Positions 51,701 through 60,627 of a stretch of 64,000 nt of DNA are shown here, piece by piece. This DNA is from Candidatus Thalassarchaeum betae. GTDB lineage: Archaea; Thermoplasmatota; Poseidoniia; Poseidoniales; Thalassarchaeaceae. Numbering within the stretch: position 1 is the stretch's first letter; every line of letters starts with the position of its first letter. The notes beneath the pieces were generated by a model that did not search any database, was not told the origin of the DNA, and saw nothing but the letters and a program-made list of their open reading frames with translations. The stretch spans positions 37,174 through 101,173 of the forward strand of contig PSPG01000005.1 in NCBI GenBank assembly GCA_003193925.1. Direction: 5' to 3'. Position numbers and translations under genes: made by a program.

Positions 51701-52681
51701 TCAGGTCCGGCGCGACTGGGAGAGTCTGGCGACCTCTGACATGAGGTCGCGCGCCGCGCTCGGGGGAAGCGAGTCAATCTCTGCCAGAGCGCGGTCGAGG
51801 TGGTTCTCGATGAGTTGGAGCGCGTAGTCGAACGAGCCTGCCTCCTCGAGCAGGTAAGTCAGCTCCTCCCAACGGTCGTCGCTGAAGTTCCGCAGGACGT
51901 CGGCCAGTTGCTCGCGCTCGACGCCGTGCAGCATGGTGAGCGCGTGGATGATGGGCAGCGTCATCTTACCCTCGTGGACGTCGGTGCCTCTCGGCTTGCC
52001 CATTGAAGCCTCACCAGTCAGATCCAGCATGTCGTCGACTAGCTGGAATGCGCGACCGACCTCCATTCCGAAGCCATCCAAGGCCTCGACAGTGGAGTCT
52101 GGGGCGTTGGCGACGATGGCTGCACACGAGCAGGCGGTGGCGAAGGCGCCGGCGGTCTTGCCATCGATGATGGCGTAGTAGTCCTCTGGCGTCGTAGCCA
52201 AGTCGTCGATGTGCTCGAACTGCAGAAGCTCACCCGTGGCTATGCCCGCGCAAGTGCGAGCCATCCGCTCGACGATCCGAGCCTCGTAGCGACCGCCGAG
52301 CTCGAAGCCGAGCACGAAGAGGTAGTCGCCGGCGATGATGCCGTGGGCTATGCCGTGCGAGGCGTGCAGCGTCGGCTTGCCTCGGCGGGTCTTGGATTGG
52401 TCGTAGATGTCATCGTGAACGAGAGTGGCGGTGTGAATCAGCTCGGCGGATAGTGCGAGGTCCATGACCTCATTCGGGTCCCCGCCGCCGGCCGCCTCGA
52501 ATGCGAGCAAAGCGAGAACCGGGCGGTACCTCTTGCCGCCGGCCAGCAGGACGTCGCGTGCCAGGGACATCGCGGGCGCTTCCGAGCCGGTCATCCGCTC
52601 CTGTACGAAGGCCTCCAACGCCTCGTCCACGACGTTGCGCCGATTGGCGAGTCTCTCGTTAGCCGAGCGCATTGAGACCAT
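51701..52681 (-). CDS. Polyprenyl diphosphate synthase
   Basis: GGKRYRP, FARM HDDIYD..RRG, GDYL, KT, SARM FQLVDDMLD. Confidence 0.95.
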   Translation of the reverse strand: MVSMRSANERLANRRNVVDEALEAFVQERMTGSEAPAMSLARDVLLAGGKRYRPVLALLAFEAAGGGDPNEVMDLALSAELIHTATLVHDDIYDQSKTRRGKPTLHASHGIAHGIIAGDYLFVLGFELGGRYEARIVERMARTCAGIATGELLQFEHIDDLATTPEDYYAIIDGKTAGAFATACSCAAIVANAPDSTVEALDGFGMEVGRAFQLVDDMLDLTGEASMGKPRGTDVHEGKMTLPIIHALTMLHGVEREQLADVLRNFSDDRWEELTYLLEEAGSFDYALQLIENHLDRALAEIDSLPPSAARDLMSEVARLSQSRRT

Positions 52682-52779
52682 GCTGATTCGCCCCTTCTTG
52701 GCAGGGGTCGCCTATATCAACAGGTGTTTGCGCCGCTGGAGCGGGCACAAGGCGTGCCCCCTCCCTTGAGGTGGATGCG

Positions 52780-53850
52780 ATGATGGACCGACTTACGCTC
52801 GCGACCATAGACGCACCCGACTGTCCCGTATCAAAGCACATGGCAATCTTCTCCGACTCCGGCGATGCTCCTGAACTCGCAATCGACAGCCGCGAAGTGA
52901 GCGGATTCACCGAGGGTCTGACCCTGCTGCGGGAAGGCGAGGTGGACATGCTCGCCATACCAGCGCGGCTGCTGCACGGGAGGCAGCTGGAGATGCTAGA
53001 CGAGGGGTGCGAGGTAATAGGCGCGAGGACCCCTCGCCGACCGAACCTGGTGCTGGTGTCGGAGAACAAGGTCTACTACCAGCCGAAGTTGGCGGTGATT
53101 CTGTCCGATTACAAGCTGGTCCGCAGGCAGCTGCGCCGAGCCAGGCGCGGACTGCGCATCCTGGGGCCGGATGCCTTCGCATCAATCAACGAGCTGGGCG
53201 AGGTCCCGGCGGGCCCTCTGGCCAAGGCGGAGTGGATGGAGTCGTTGAGGCAGAGCGGGGAGATCGACGGTTACATCACCTCTCGCCCCGTGTACGACGA
53301 GCTCGGGTTGAACACCCGCAGGCACGCCCTGCTTCCAGACCCCAAAGACAGGGGAGGCCCCCACTTCCTCCCTCTGCCATACGCCGACCTCGTCGTGCTC
53401 CTCGCGAGAAGGAGGTTTCCCCCCAGCATATCCGGGCAGATCTCCGAGCCCGAGGGCAGTACGGCCTGGTGGGTCCAGAACCACCTGATCGCGGGCCTTG
53501 GCGAGGAGATGCTGGAGAGGACTGGGATCCTCGTCAGGCACAGGCAGGTCCGCTCCCTGATGAAGCAGGCCGAGGAGTACAAGGACATCACCTTGCAGCA
53601 GTCCTGTCAGAACACCGAGGGCGAGGTGCTCGATGACGACGTACACGTCGAAATCAGGCTGGAGGTCATCTCCAAGAACGGCCACAAGACGCTGGGTCTG
53701 GAACGGGTCATCACGTACTCCAAGTACCAGCATGCCACCATCTCCCTGTTGCGGGACTGGGAGGCTCTCGTCCTCGAGGTCTCGAGGGAGGTCCCCAAGG
53801 ACTTCTACACCGACGTCGAGGCCCCGGCGTACATCGACCTGATTGAGTGA
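52780..53850 (+). CDS. Porphobilinogen deaminase (HemC)-like protein, degenerate
   Basis: Segments align by eye to the HemC fold (LREGEVDMLAI, RRQL, GEIDGYI, LGL, FLP); catalytic motifs missing. Confidence 0.55.
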   Translation: MMDRLTLATIDAPDCPVSKHMAIFSDSGDAPELAIDSREVSGFTEGLTLLREGEVDMLAIPARLLHGRQLEMLDEGCEVIGARTPRRPNLVLVSENKVYYQPKLAVILSDYKLVRRQLRRARRGLRILGPDAFASINELGEVPAGPLAKAEWMESLRQSGEIDGYITSRPVYDELGLNTRRHALLPDPKDRGGPHFLPLPYADLVVLLARRRFPPSISGQISEPEGSTAWWVQNHLIAGLGEEMLERTGILVRHRQVRSLMKQAEEYKDITLQQSCQNTEGEVLDDDVHVEIRLEVISKNGHKTLGLERVITYSKYQHATISLLRDWEALVLEVSREVPKDFYTDVEAPAYIDLIE

Positions 53851-53942
53851 ACGGCGTTCCCCATAACGGCCGCTAACGCCGCCACGGCACCTGTGGTACT
53901 GCGTAAGCGATATGACGGACGGGGGCGGGGGCGCTTTGGAGG

Positions 53943-54932
53943 GTGCTGGGATTGAAGGTCGACAGAGTGCTGCTGGACGCCCTGTACAGGGGCCGGCTGG
54001 TCGGGCTTCGGACCAGGGCGGAGGAGGCCGGTCTGAGTAAGAGCGGTTCGGTCGAGGTGGTGCGGGCCAGGCTCATCCAACACCACATCCTAGGTGACAG
54101 CGATCTTTCCTGGGAGGGCATCCAGTCGATGTCCCACAAGGAGATCGGCGAGGTCCTCAAGGTCTTCGGGATCAAGTCATCCGGCTCACACAAGGAGAGG
54201 CGGCAGAGACTGTGGCTTCACCTAAACTTCGACTCACGCAGAATGACCGTGGAGCGACTGGTCGAGGTGGATCGCGATCGTCTCCACAAACTCTGCCGGA
54301 GGCTGGAATTGGAACGAACAGGCAACCGGATGGTACTGGTGGGCAGGGTCGCGGGCGTCCTGACCAGTCAGGCCAACGGCTGGGGCAGAATCAAGCGCAG
54401 TCTGTGGCGCTCAGGCATCCCCGACCTCCCTATGGGCGAAATCGAGGCAGGGGCCGAGGATGTAGTCGAGGAGGTCGAAATCGGATTAGAGGAGATGCCC
54501 GCTGAGCCTAAGGAGGAGCCTGACTTCCAACAGTCGACGTCCGACGCGGTGCTGGAGGATGCCAGCGACGCGCTGGTGTTCGAGCTCGACAAGGTCGAGT
54601 CGTCAGTCCAAGGGGCGCTGCTGACCATCCAAGCCCGGGTCGAGGACCTCGAGAGGATGGTCGGAACCATCCTGAGGGGCCACGGAGGCAGATGGGGCGA
54701 GGAGGAGGAGGCCCTTCTCATCAGACTGGCGGAGCGGAGAGGCTGGCCGCTGGAGAGCGACGAGGTGCGCTCGAGGGTGACGAGCGTAGCCACCAACATC
54801 GCCGAGATCAAGGGCGCCTCCCTCGGAGATGGCGGACCGCGCGGCAGGATTGACTCCAGCGCGGCGCTGGAGCGGATCAGAGAGAAGATGAGACACGCTG
54901 AGACGCTGCTCTCGAAGGGCCCCGAGGACTGA
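53943..54932 (+). CDS. Protein with three SAP-like DNA-binding motifs
   Basis: LR...GLSKSGS.E...RL, IG..LK..GIKSSGS..E..QRL, L..LCR.L.L..TGN...LV.RV; start may be TTG 53952. Confidence 0.65.
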   Translation: MLGLKVDRVLLDALYRGRLVGLRTRAEEAGLSKSGSVEVVRARLIQHHILGDSDLSWEGIQSMSHKEIGEVLKVFGIKSSGSHKERRQRLWLHLNFDSRRMTVERLVEVDRDRLHKLCRRLELERTGNRMVLVGRVAGVLTSQANGWGRIKRSLWRSGIPDLPMGEIEAGAEDVVEEVEIGLEEMPAEPKEEPDFQQSTSDAVLEDASDALVFELDKVESSVQGALLTIQARVEDLERMVGTILRGHGGRWGEEEEALLIRLAERRGWPLESDEVRSRVTSVATNIAEIKGASLGDGGPRGRIDSSAALERIREKMRHAETLLSKGPED

Positions 54933-55883
54933 TTACTCGGGAACTATCTGGAAGTACCCGAAGCGAGGCTCCATCACCTCGCCTTGGTCACGGGCGTCGT
55001 CTATCGCATCCTCGGCGGACTCGCGAGAGTGGCCTGACTGGACGAGAGCGTGGACGACGTTGCCGTACTCGACCCCCTCTCCGGCGTCCTGCGAGCGTAT
55101 GGTATCGAGAATGAGGGGCAGAGCGTCGCCGGGAGGGTCGGAAGGCGACGGCTGGGGCTCCTGTGTATGCGATACCGCCTCATCCAGCGTCGGAGGGGGA
55201 ACTGTTAGCTCCGACTCCTCCATGACAGCGGTCCTGCCTGTCGCCATCGAGAGAGCCTGCAAGACCCCGAGCCGGTAGTTCTCCGGGTCGAACTCGCCGT
55301 AGTGGCCTCGGGCGAGTATCAGGCCATCGACGAGGTCGCTCGGCACGCCAGCGGCCTCGAGGGCCGCAGGAGTAAGATCGCTCTCCAGCGAGGCCGAGTG
55401 CGCGTCGATGCGTCGCAGGGTCGCCTCGGCCGTCTCGACCAGCCAACTGGTGTAGCACTCTCGATCGATGACAGTGAATTCCTCGGCGCGCAGAGAGGTG
55501 AAGACGCCGCCGTCATCGGTCTCGAACCAGCGGGCCTTACCCACTAGGGCCAGCAGGAACCTGTCGCCGGATTCGAAGCGAGCCATCAGCTCCTCGAAGT
55601 CAGGATGCATTTCGGGTTGGAATGATGCGACGTTGAACAGGTAGCTCCCAGTCGGGTCTCTGATGTGGCCCGAGTAGTTGGGGCCACTGTCGCCTTCTCG
55701 GCGCTCCATCCTGTCGATGACGCCGCAGACGAGCGCCCGGTTGATCTTGGCGCCCAGTTTGGTGATGACGAAGGACGGGTCGTACTCGCCGGAGCCCTCC
55801 TCCAGCAGTGAGGCCTCTTGGTACTCCTGGGCGAATATGCGCAAGGCGGTCTGGCGGGTAAATCGACGTGTTGGCTCCTGCAT
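54933..55883 (-). CDS. RPA-associated (RPA32-like) OB-fold protein with C-terminal winged helix
   Basis: R..A.R.FA.E, T..GA..NR....G, DPTG, GK; C-terminal G...EP..G; coupled to rpa. Confidence 0.8.
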   Translation of the reverse strand: MQEPTRRFTRQTALRIFAQEYQEASLLEEGSGEYDPSFVITKLGAKINRALVCGVIDRMERREGDSGPNYSGHIRDPTGSYLFNVASFQPEMHPDFEELMARFESGDRFLLALVGKARWFETDDGGVFTSLRAEEFTVIDRECYTSWLVETAEATLRRIDAHSASLESDLTPAALEAAGVPSDLVDGLILARGHYGEFDPENYRLGVLQALSMATGRTAVMEESELTVPPPTLDEAVSHTQEPQPSPSDPPGDALPLILDTIRSQDAGEGVEYGNVVHALVQSGHSRESAEDAIDDARDQGEVMEPRFGYFQIVPE

Positions 55884-57571
55884 CACAGTATCACCCCCCA
55901 GCGCTGCATGACCTCATTTGCGGCGTCAGTCGAGGCGGTCTGGTCAAGCTCGACCTCGTCGGCGAGCACCATGGCACCCTGGTCATCGATGATCGATCGG
56001 CCCTTGACGCTCATCCTGCGAGCGAGCACCCGCTCGCGCAGGGAAGCGACGAATCCCTCTTGGCCGTCCTTGGCCACCTGTTCCTTGACGGCCTCCTGAT
56101 CCATCCCAAGGAAGGTCTCCGAGGGGTCCTTGGACAACAGCAGGGATACGTTGGAGATGCCGTCGTCGATGACAAACCTGAGTCGGAGGTCCTCGACGCC
56201 GCGCTGGGGGCCGTGGTCGATGCAGGCGCCGTCCCTCAGGACGCGCCTGCACTCGGGGCATCGCTCGATGATGCCCGAGTCCCTGCGTACGGCTACTACG
56301 GTGCCGCTGGTGCTTATGCCCCGGCGTGAGCCGCCGCTCACCACAGTCGTTAGGTCAGCGTCGACCCAGTGCTGCTCGGGGTCTATCGAATCCCAAGGTG
56401 GGTCGGACAGGTCGGTCACCTGCGCGGCATCGTCCACGACGAGGTCGGGGGAGCCTTGCCAGTACTGGACTCTGGAGCCGGTCAGATGCAGGAAGTCGCC
56501 CGGCTTGGGGTCGACCTCGCACCAGGCGGTGAGCCGGCAGAGGCCGCTGGGGTCGATGACGTCGCCGCTGCGGACGACGCGCTCGGTGCCGTCATCGGAG
56601 GTGAAGGAGCGCTGGTTCCACGATTCGACCTGGACTGTGATCTCGATGTCGCGCATGCCGTTGCGCAACTCGGCGATGCTGACCTTGTTGGCCTGCGAGA
56701 GGTCCTCCATGCTGGCGAAGGCAGTGTCGTGGTAGACCTCGACCCTGGTCCGGTCGCCGATGTTGATCTCAGGAGTCTCCCGGAACTTCCTGACCGACGC
56801 CCCGTCTATCTTGAGCAGGGTTCCCGGCTCGTGCTCGAGCGGGACCCATGACAGGAAACCGATGCTGCCGCTGGAGTCGGACAGCCTTCCGCGGACCACG
56901 TCCAGCTGGCCGCTGCCGTCGCGCTTCACGATGACGTCGGGCTTGGAGGATATCAGACGCGCGACGAGGTTCACGTAGCCCTCGTTCTCCGAGGCCGTCG
57001 CTATGCTGACGGGTTCGTCGTTGACCTGCAACACCGGGGAGCCGCCCTCGCGCAGCACGGTCACGCGGGTGGTGCGGTTGATATTGAGAGAGCGCTTGTC
57101 GTTCCACTCGTTGACCGATGCGCCCTCGAGTCTCACGACGGAGCCCGGCGCGAGGTTCTCGCCCTGCTCGCCCCAGTCCTTGTAGTCCCAGCGCTCGCGC
57201 CGGTCGCTGTTCTCCCAGGGATTGTCCTCGATCCAGCCAAACGCGACCTGTCGCTCCTCGCCCCGAACCATTTGGATGCGTGGCGTGTAGGTTATCACTG
57301 CGACCTCGAGGGTCACGTTGCGGTCGTCGGCATCGAGCTCGGAGAAGCGATTTACCTTCTTCTCGGCCTTAGCCGGGGAGGACATCTTGGTGACCTCCAT
57401 CCCAGCGGCCGTCTGGAACTTGCGTACCACCGAGCGCAGAGCGTCCTCAGGGGGGATGAGGAACTCCACCTCGTAGCGTTTGAACTCGCCTTCTATCTCT
57501 TTCTCGTCCGCGTCCGGGCATTCCTGTTTGACTACAGTGACCTGTGCTGCATATCTTCCATCTTCCGTCAT
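55883..57571 (-). CDS. rpa: Replication protein A large subunit (multi-OB fold, Zn finger)
   Basis: Repeated OB folds (G.L.D.SG.I, D.SG..RLT.W); SG...RCPECRR....C..HG; DLR. Confidence 0.88.
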   Translation of the reverse strand: MTEDGRYAAQVTVVKQECPDADEKEIEGEFKRYEVEFLIPPEDALRSVVRKFQTAAGMEVTKMSSPAKAEKKVNRFSELDADDRNVTLEVAVITYTPRIQMVRGEERQVAFGWIEDNPWENSDRRERWDYKDWGEQGENLAPGSVVRLEGASVNEWNDKRSLNINRTTRVTVLREGGSPVLQVNDEPVSIATASENEGYVNLVARLISSKPDVIVKRDGSGQLDVVRGRLSDSSGSIGFLSWVPLEHEPGTLLKIDGASVRKFRETPEINIGDRTRVEVYHDTAFASMEDLSQANKVSIAELRNGMRDIEITVQVESWNQRSFTSDDGTERVVRSGDVIDPSGLCRLTAWCEVDPKPGDFLHLTGSRVQYWQGSPDLVVDDAAQVTDLSDPPWDSIDPEQHWVDADLTTVVSGGSRRGISTSGTVVAVRRDSGIIERCPECRRVLRDGACIDHGPQRGVEDLRLRFVIDDGISNVSLLLSKDPSETFLGMDQEAVKEQVAKDGQEGFVASLRERVLARRMSVKGRSIIDDQGAMVLADEVELDQTASTDAANEVMQRWGVIL

Positions 57572-57809
57572 GTGCTCACCTGCGTCAGTGAATGAGGTCT
57601 GAGCCTACATAAACCACTGATGCGGGGGCCTCCGAAGAAGCAGCGGGCAGCGATGCTGGGGCAACGTTAGTTCGTGCGTGTTGGGGTAGACTCAGCACTT
57701 CATCACCTCCGGGACCACGCGTTTCACTCGGCGGTCTTTGAAGATGTGCATTCCAATGGGTGCTGACCAAGCGACTGCGTTTATCCACAGTACCTCTTGT
57801 CGTGATGCA

Positions 57810-58361
57810 ATGGCACCCGTAGAATTGTGCAGATTCGGGGTGCTGACAGCCTCCGACAGGGCCAGCACCGGAGGCTACGAGGACCTCAGTGGCCCTGCCA
57901 TTGAGCAGTTCCTGAGCGAGGCGGTGACCTCGCCCTGGGAGGTGGTTCGCCGCCTCGTTCCTGACGAGCAGGAGCTGATCGAGGCGGCGCTGGTGGAACT
58001 GATCGACGCCGAGGGCTGCTCGGTGATCGTGACCACAGGAGGAACTGGGCCCGCGCCCCGCGACGTCACCCCGGAGGCCACCGAGGCGGTGTGCGAGCGG
58101 ATGCTGCCCGGGTTCGGTGAGCAGATGCGAGCCATCTCGCTGCGTCACGTCGCTACAGCGGTGCTGTCTCGGCAGACTGCCGGTATCCGCGGCTCGGCCC
58201 TGATCCTCAACCTGCCCGGCTCGCCTCGCTCGATCCGCGAGATACTCGACGAGGTCTTCGCCGCTGTCCCGTACTGCGTCGACCTCGTCGGGGGGCCTTA
58301 CATCACAACCGATTCTGTGGTCGTCGACGCCTTCCGCCCGCCTCACGCCCGACGCGAATGA
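57810..58361 (+). CDS. mog: Molybdopterin adenylyltransferase Mog
   Basis: SDRAS.G.YED.SG, VPDE, TTGGTGPAPRDVTPEAT, PGFGEQMR, NLPG.P. Confidence 0.93.
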   Translation: MAPVELCRFGVLTASDRASTGGYEDLSGPAIEQFLSEAVTSPWEVVRRLVPDEQELIEAALVELIDAEGCSVIVTTGGTGPAPRDVTPEATEAVCERMLPGFGEQMRAISLRHVATAVLSRQTAGIRGSALILNLPGSPRSIREILDEVFAAVPYCVDLVGGPYITTDSVVVDAFRPPHARRE

Positions 58362-58390
58362 TTCATGCGGGAATCGCCGCTCGGGGTGCC

Positions 58391-59218
58391 ATGGCGAAGA
58401 TGAAGTCGGGCGATTCTAGCAGTGACAGGGGTGCCGACGAGCTTCGCGGCATCCAAGTCACGCTCGACTTCACTCCCAACGCCCTGGCCTCGCTGATGTT
58501 CCGCCAAGGCGACACTATGGTCCTCGCCTGCGCGACGAAGGCTGACAGACTGCCGCGCTGGTTCCCCAGGGACGCTAAGCGCGGCTGGGTCCACGCCGAG
58601 TACGCGCTGCTGCCGGGCTCCACCGACACCAGGTTCCGCCGCGAGCGCAACGGCGCGAAGGGGCGGACTCAGGAGATCGAGCGACTGGTCGCCCGCTCGC
58701 TGCGTGGGGCAGTCAATCTCGAGGAGCTCGGTCCGATTGCGCTGACGGTCGACTGCGACGTGCTGAACGCCGACGGTGGTACCAGATGCGCATCGGTAAC
58801 CGCCGCCTCGATCGCCCTCAGACTGGCGATCCGCCGACTGATAGCGTCAGGTGAGTGCCTGCCGAAGGAGATGCGCCTCTCCAGAGAGGATGTCCGCAAC
58901 GGCGTCGAGCCGCCATCGCTCAGTGCCGAGGAGAGGGCTGCTCACGAGGCGGCTGTCATGCCGAACGACGTTGGTGCAATCAGCGTGGGGATGGTCGACG
59001 GCGAGGTCAGGACCGACCTCGACTACGTCCTAGACAGCAATGCCGACGTCGACATGAACGTCGTGATGACCAGCGACGGCGGTTTCGTCGAGGTCCAGGG
59101 GACCGGCGAGGAATCGACTTACACCCGTGAGGAGCTCGATGCCCTGATTGACGCCGCGACAGCGGGCATCACCAAGCTACACGCACTCCAAGCCAGCATC
59201 CTGGCAAATGAAAGATGA
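58391..59218 (+). CDS. rph: Ribonuclease PH (bacterial type)
   Basis: GWV.AEY.LLP.ST..R..RE, GRTQEI.RL..RSLR, DCDVL.ADGGTR.AS, DLDY..DS.A.VDMNVV, EVQGT.E; alternative start 58358. Confidence 0.93.
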   Translation: MAKMKSGDSSSDRGADELRGIQVTLDFTPNALASLMFRQGDTMVLACATKADRLPRWFPRDAKRGWVHAEYALLPGSTDTRFRRERNGAKGRTQEIERLVARSLRGAVNLEELGPIALTVDCDVLNADGGTRCASVTAASIALRLAIRRLIASGECLPKEMRLSREDVRNGVEPPSLSAEERAAHEAAVMPNDVGAISVGMVDGEVRTDLDYVLDSNADVDMNVVMTSDGGFVEVQGTGEESTYTREELDALIDAATAGITKLHALQASILANER

Positions 59219-59269
59219 TTCCGGCGCAGCCCCTCTCGGCCAGGCCCTCTACGATGAGAAACGCGAGTA

Positions 59270-59345
59270 TGGTGGGACTGGCCGGACTTGAACCAGCGGC
59301 CTCCGCATCTTCAGTGCGGCGCTCTCCCAGCTGAGCTACAGTCCC
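59270..59345 (-). tRNA. tRNA-Phe(GAA)
   Basis: Reverse complement GGGACTGTAGCTCAGCTGGGAGAGCGCCGCACTGAAGATGCGGAGGCCGCTGGTTCAAGTCCGGCCAGTCCCACCA folds as a cloverleaf with anticodon GAA. Confidence 0.96.
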
Positions 59346-59399
59346 GTAGCGCCCTCGCCAGAATGATTCCGACTTCAAGCCTTCCGAGCGCGAAATCAC

Positions 59400-60539
59400 C
59401 TAAAGGACATCTTTCTCGTCCTTTTTCTCATCGAATGACATCATCTTGCCCTTGCCTCCAGCAGCAGCCTTGGCGGCGGGCTTCTTCGCCTTCTTCCCGG
59501 CATCGGAGGGGGCCTTCTCCGCATCACCGTCAGTACCCGCCTTGCGCGCCTGAGCGGCCTCCTTCTCGCGGAGTTCCAACTCCTCAGGTGACATCCCGGT
59601 CTCGAGCGCGAGTTTGATCCGGCGCTCGTCGCGGGCGCGGATCTCGAGGAGCCTCTGCCTCGCCTTGTCGTAGTGCTGGAGCATGTACATGGCATCGTGC
59701 TCGAGCAGAGGCGAGTCGGAGATGATGGTGATGTCTAGCCAGTCGCCTTCCTCAGCGAGGAACTCGGCGAAGGGCTCGAACTTCAGGTCGGACTTCTTGA
59801 TCTGGGTGTAGTGCAGGGCGTTGCCCATCCGGTGCTCGATTCCGGCGAAGTGGCAGTAGAACTTCTTGCCGCCGTAGTCCTTGCGAACCTGCTCGAACAA
59901 CTCTGAGTAGTCCTCGCTGGTCCTCATCCTGCCGTGACCGCGGGCGTGGATGTGGGCCATGTTGAGCACGGGCACGGTGCCCTCGACGTGATTGCAGACC
60001 TCAATGACCTCCTCGACAGTCCCCCACAGCTCCTGGCGCCCTGAGGTCTCGATGCCTACCAGCGAGGGCTTGTCCTTGTGGACCCAGGGGAAGGCGGCGT
60101 AGTCATCCTCTTCCGACTCTACGCCCCATATCTGCTGGACTCGATCGACCACGCCGGCGAAGATGTTGGCGACCTGCTCGTTGGTCTCGGAGCCGGGCTC
60201 GTACTCGCCGTAGGGTCCGACGTGGTAAACCAGGTGTCTCGCGTTGACGATCTTGCCGGCCTGCATGCTGGCCTCCATCTTGGTGAGGGTACGGTTGCGC
60301 TCCCTGCGTGAGCCGAGCAGCTCCGCGTAGTAGGGCCCGTGGAGGTTCATCTCAAGGTCTGACTTCCACGAGAGGACTCCAGCCTGCCAGTACTGGTCGA
60401 AGTGCTTGGGCTGGACCGTTCGCACTGTCTGGATCTCCATCGCATCGAGCCCGAGCGAGGTGATGTCGTCCATTCCCTCGACTATCGTCCGTCCCTTGCA
60501 GGACAGTGGAACTCCGGCTGGACCTAGTCTGAGTGGTAT
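59400..60539 (-). CDS. Endonuclease IV-like TIM-barrel protein (inferred ATA start)
   Basis: RLGPAGVP, HGPYY, H.G, ETSG, HIHAR, HFAG, ISDSP.LE.DA; the conserved N-terminal RLGPAG lies upstream of ATG 60473. Confidence 0.85.
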   Translation of the reverse strand: MPLRLGPAGVPLSCKGRTIVEGMDDITSLGLDAMEIQTVRTVQPKHFDQYWQAGVLSWKSDLEMNLHGPYYAELLGSRRERNRTLTKMEASMQAGKIVNARHLVYHVGPYGEYEPGSETNEQVANIFAGVVDRVQQIWGVESEEDDYAAFPWVHKDKPSLVGIETSGRQELWGTVEEVIEVCNHVEGTVPVLNMAHIHARGHGRMRTSEDYSELFEQVRKDYGGKKFYCHFAGIEHRMGNALHYTQIKKSDLKFEPFAEFLAEEGDWLDITIISDSPLLEHDAMYMLQHYDKARQRLLEIRARDERRIKLALETGMSPEELELREKEAAQARKAGTDGDAEKAPSDAGKKAKKPAAKAAAGGKGKMMSFDEKKDEKDVL

Positions 60540-60627
60540 GCTCGCGCCCCCCGCGGGTCGGGCCGAATTGGTGCCCCTTCAAAAGGGGTCTCCGGTAATG
60601 GTGGGAAATGCCGGTCGAAACCGGGTT

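Noticed and set aside
57691-57710. C/D box sRNA (minus-strand GTGATGA...CTGA)
   Set aside because: The boxes are only 4 nt apart, with no guide regions or second box pair.
57781-57789. Perfect DnaA box TTATCCACA
   Set aside because: Single copy in an archaeal context with no dnaA; it overlaps the likely TATA-like element of mog, so chance is sufficient.
57590-57800. Moco riboswitch upstream of mog
   Set aside because: I could not match the conserved Moco RNA elements by eye; cmscan would be needed.
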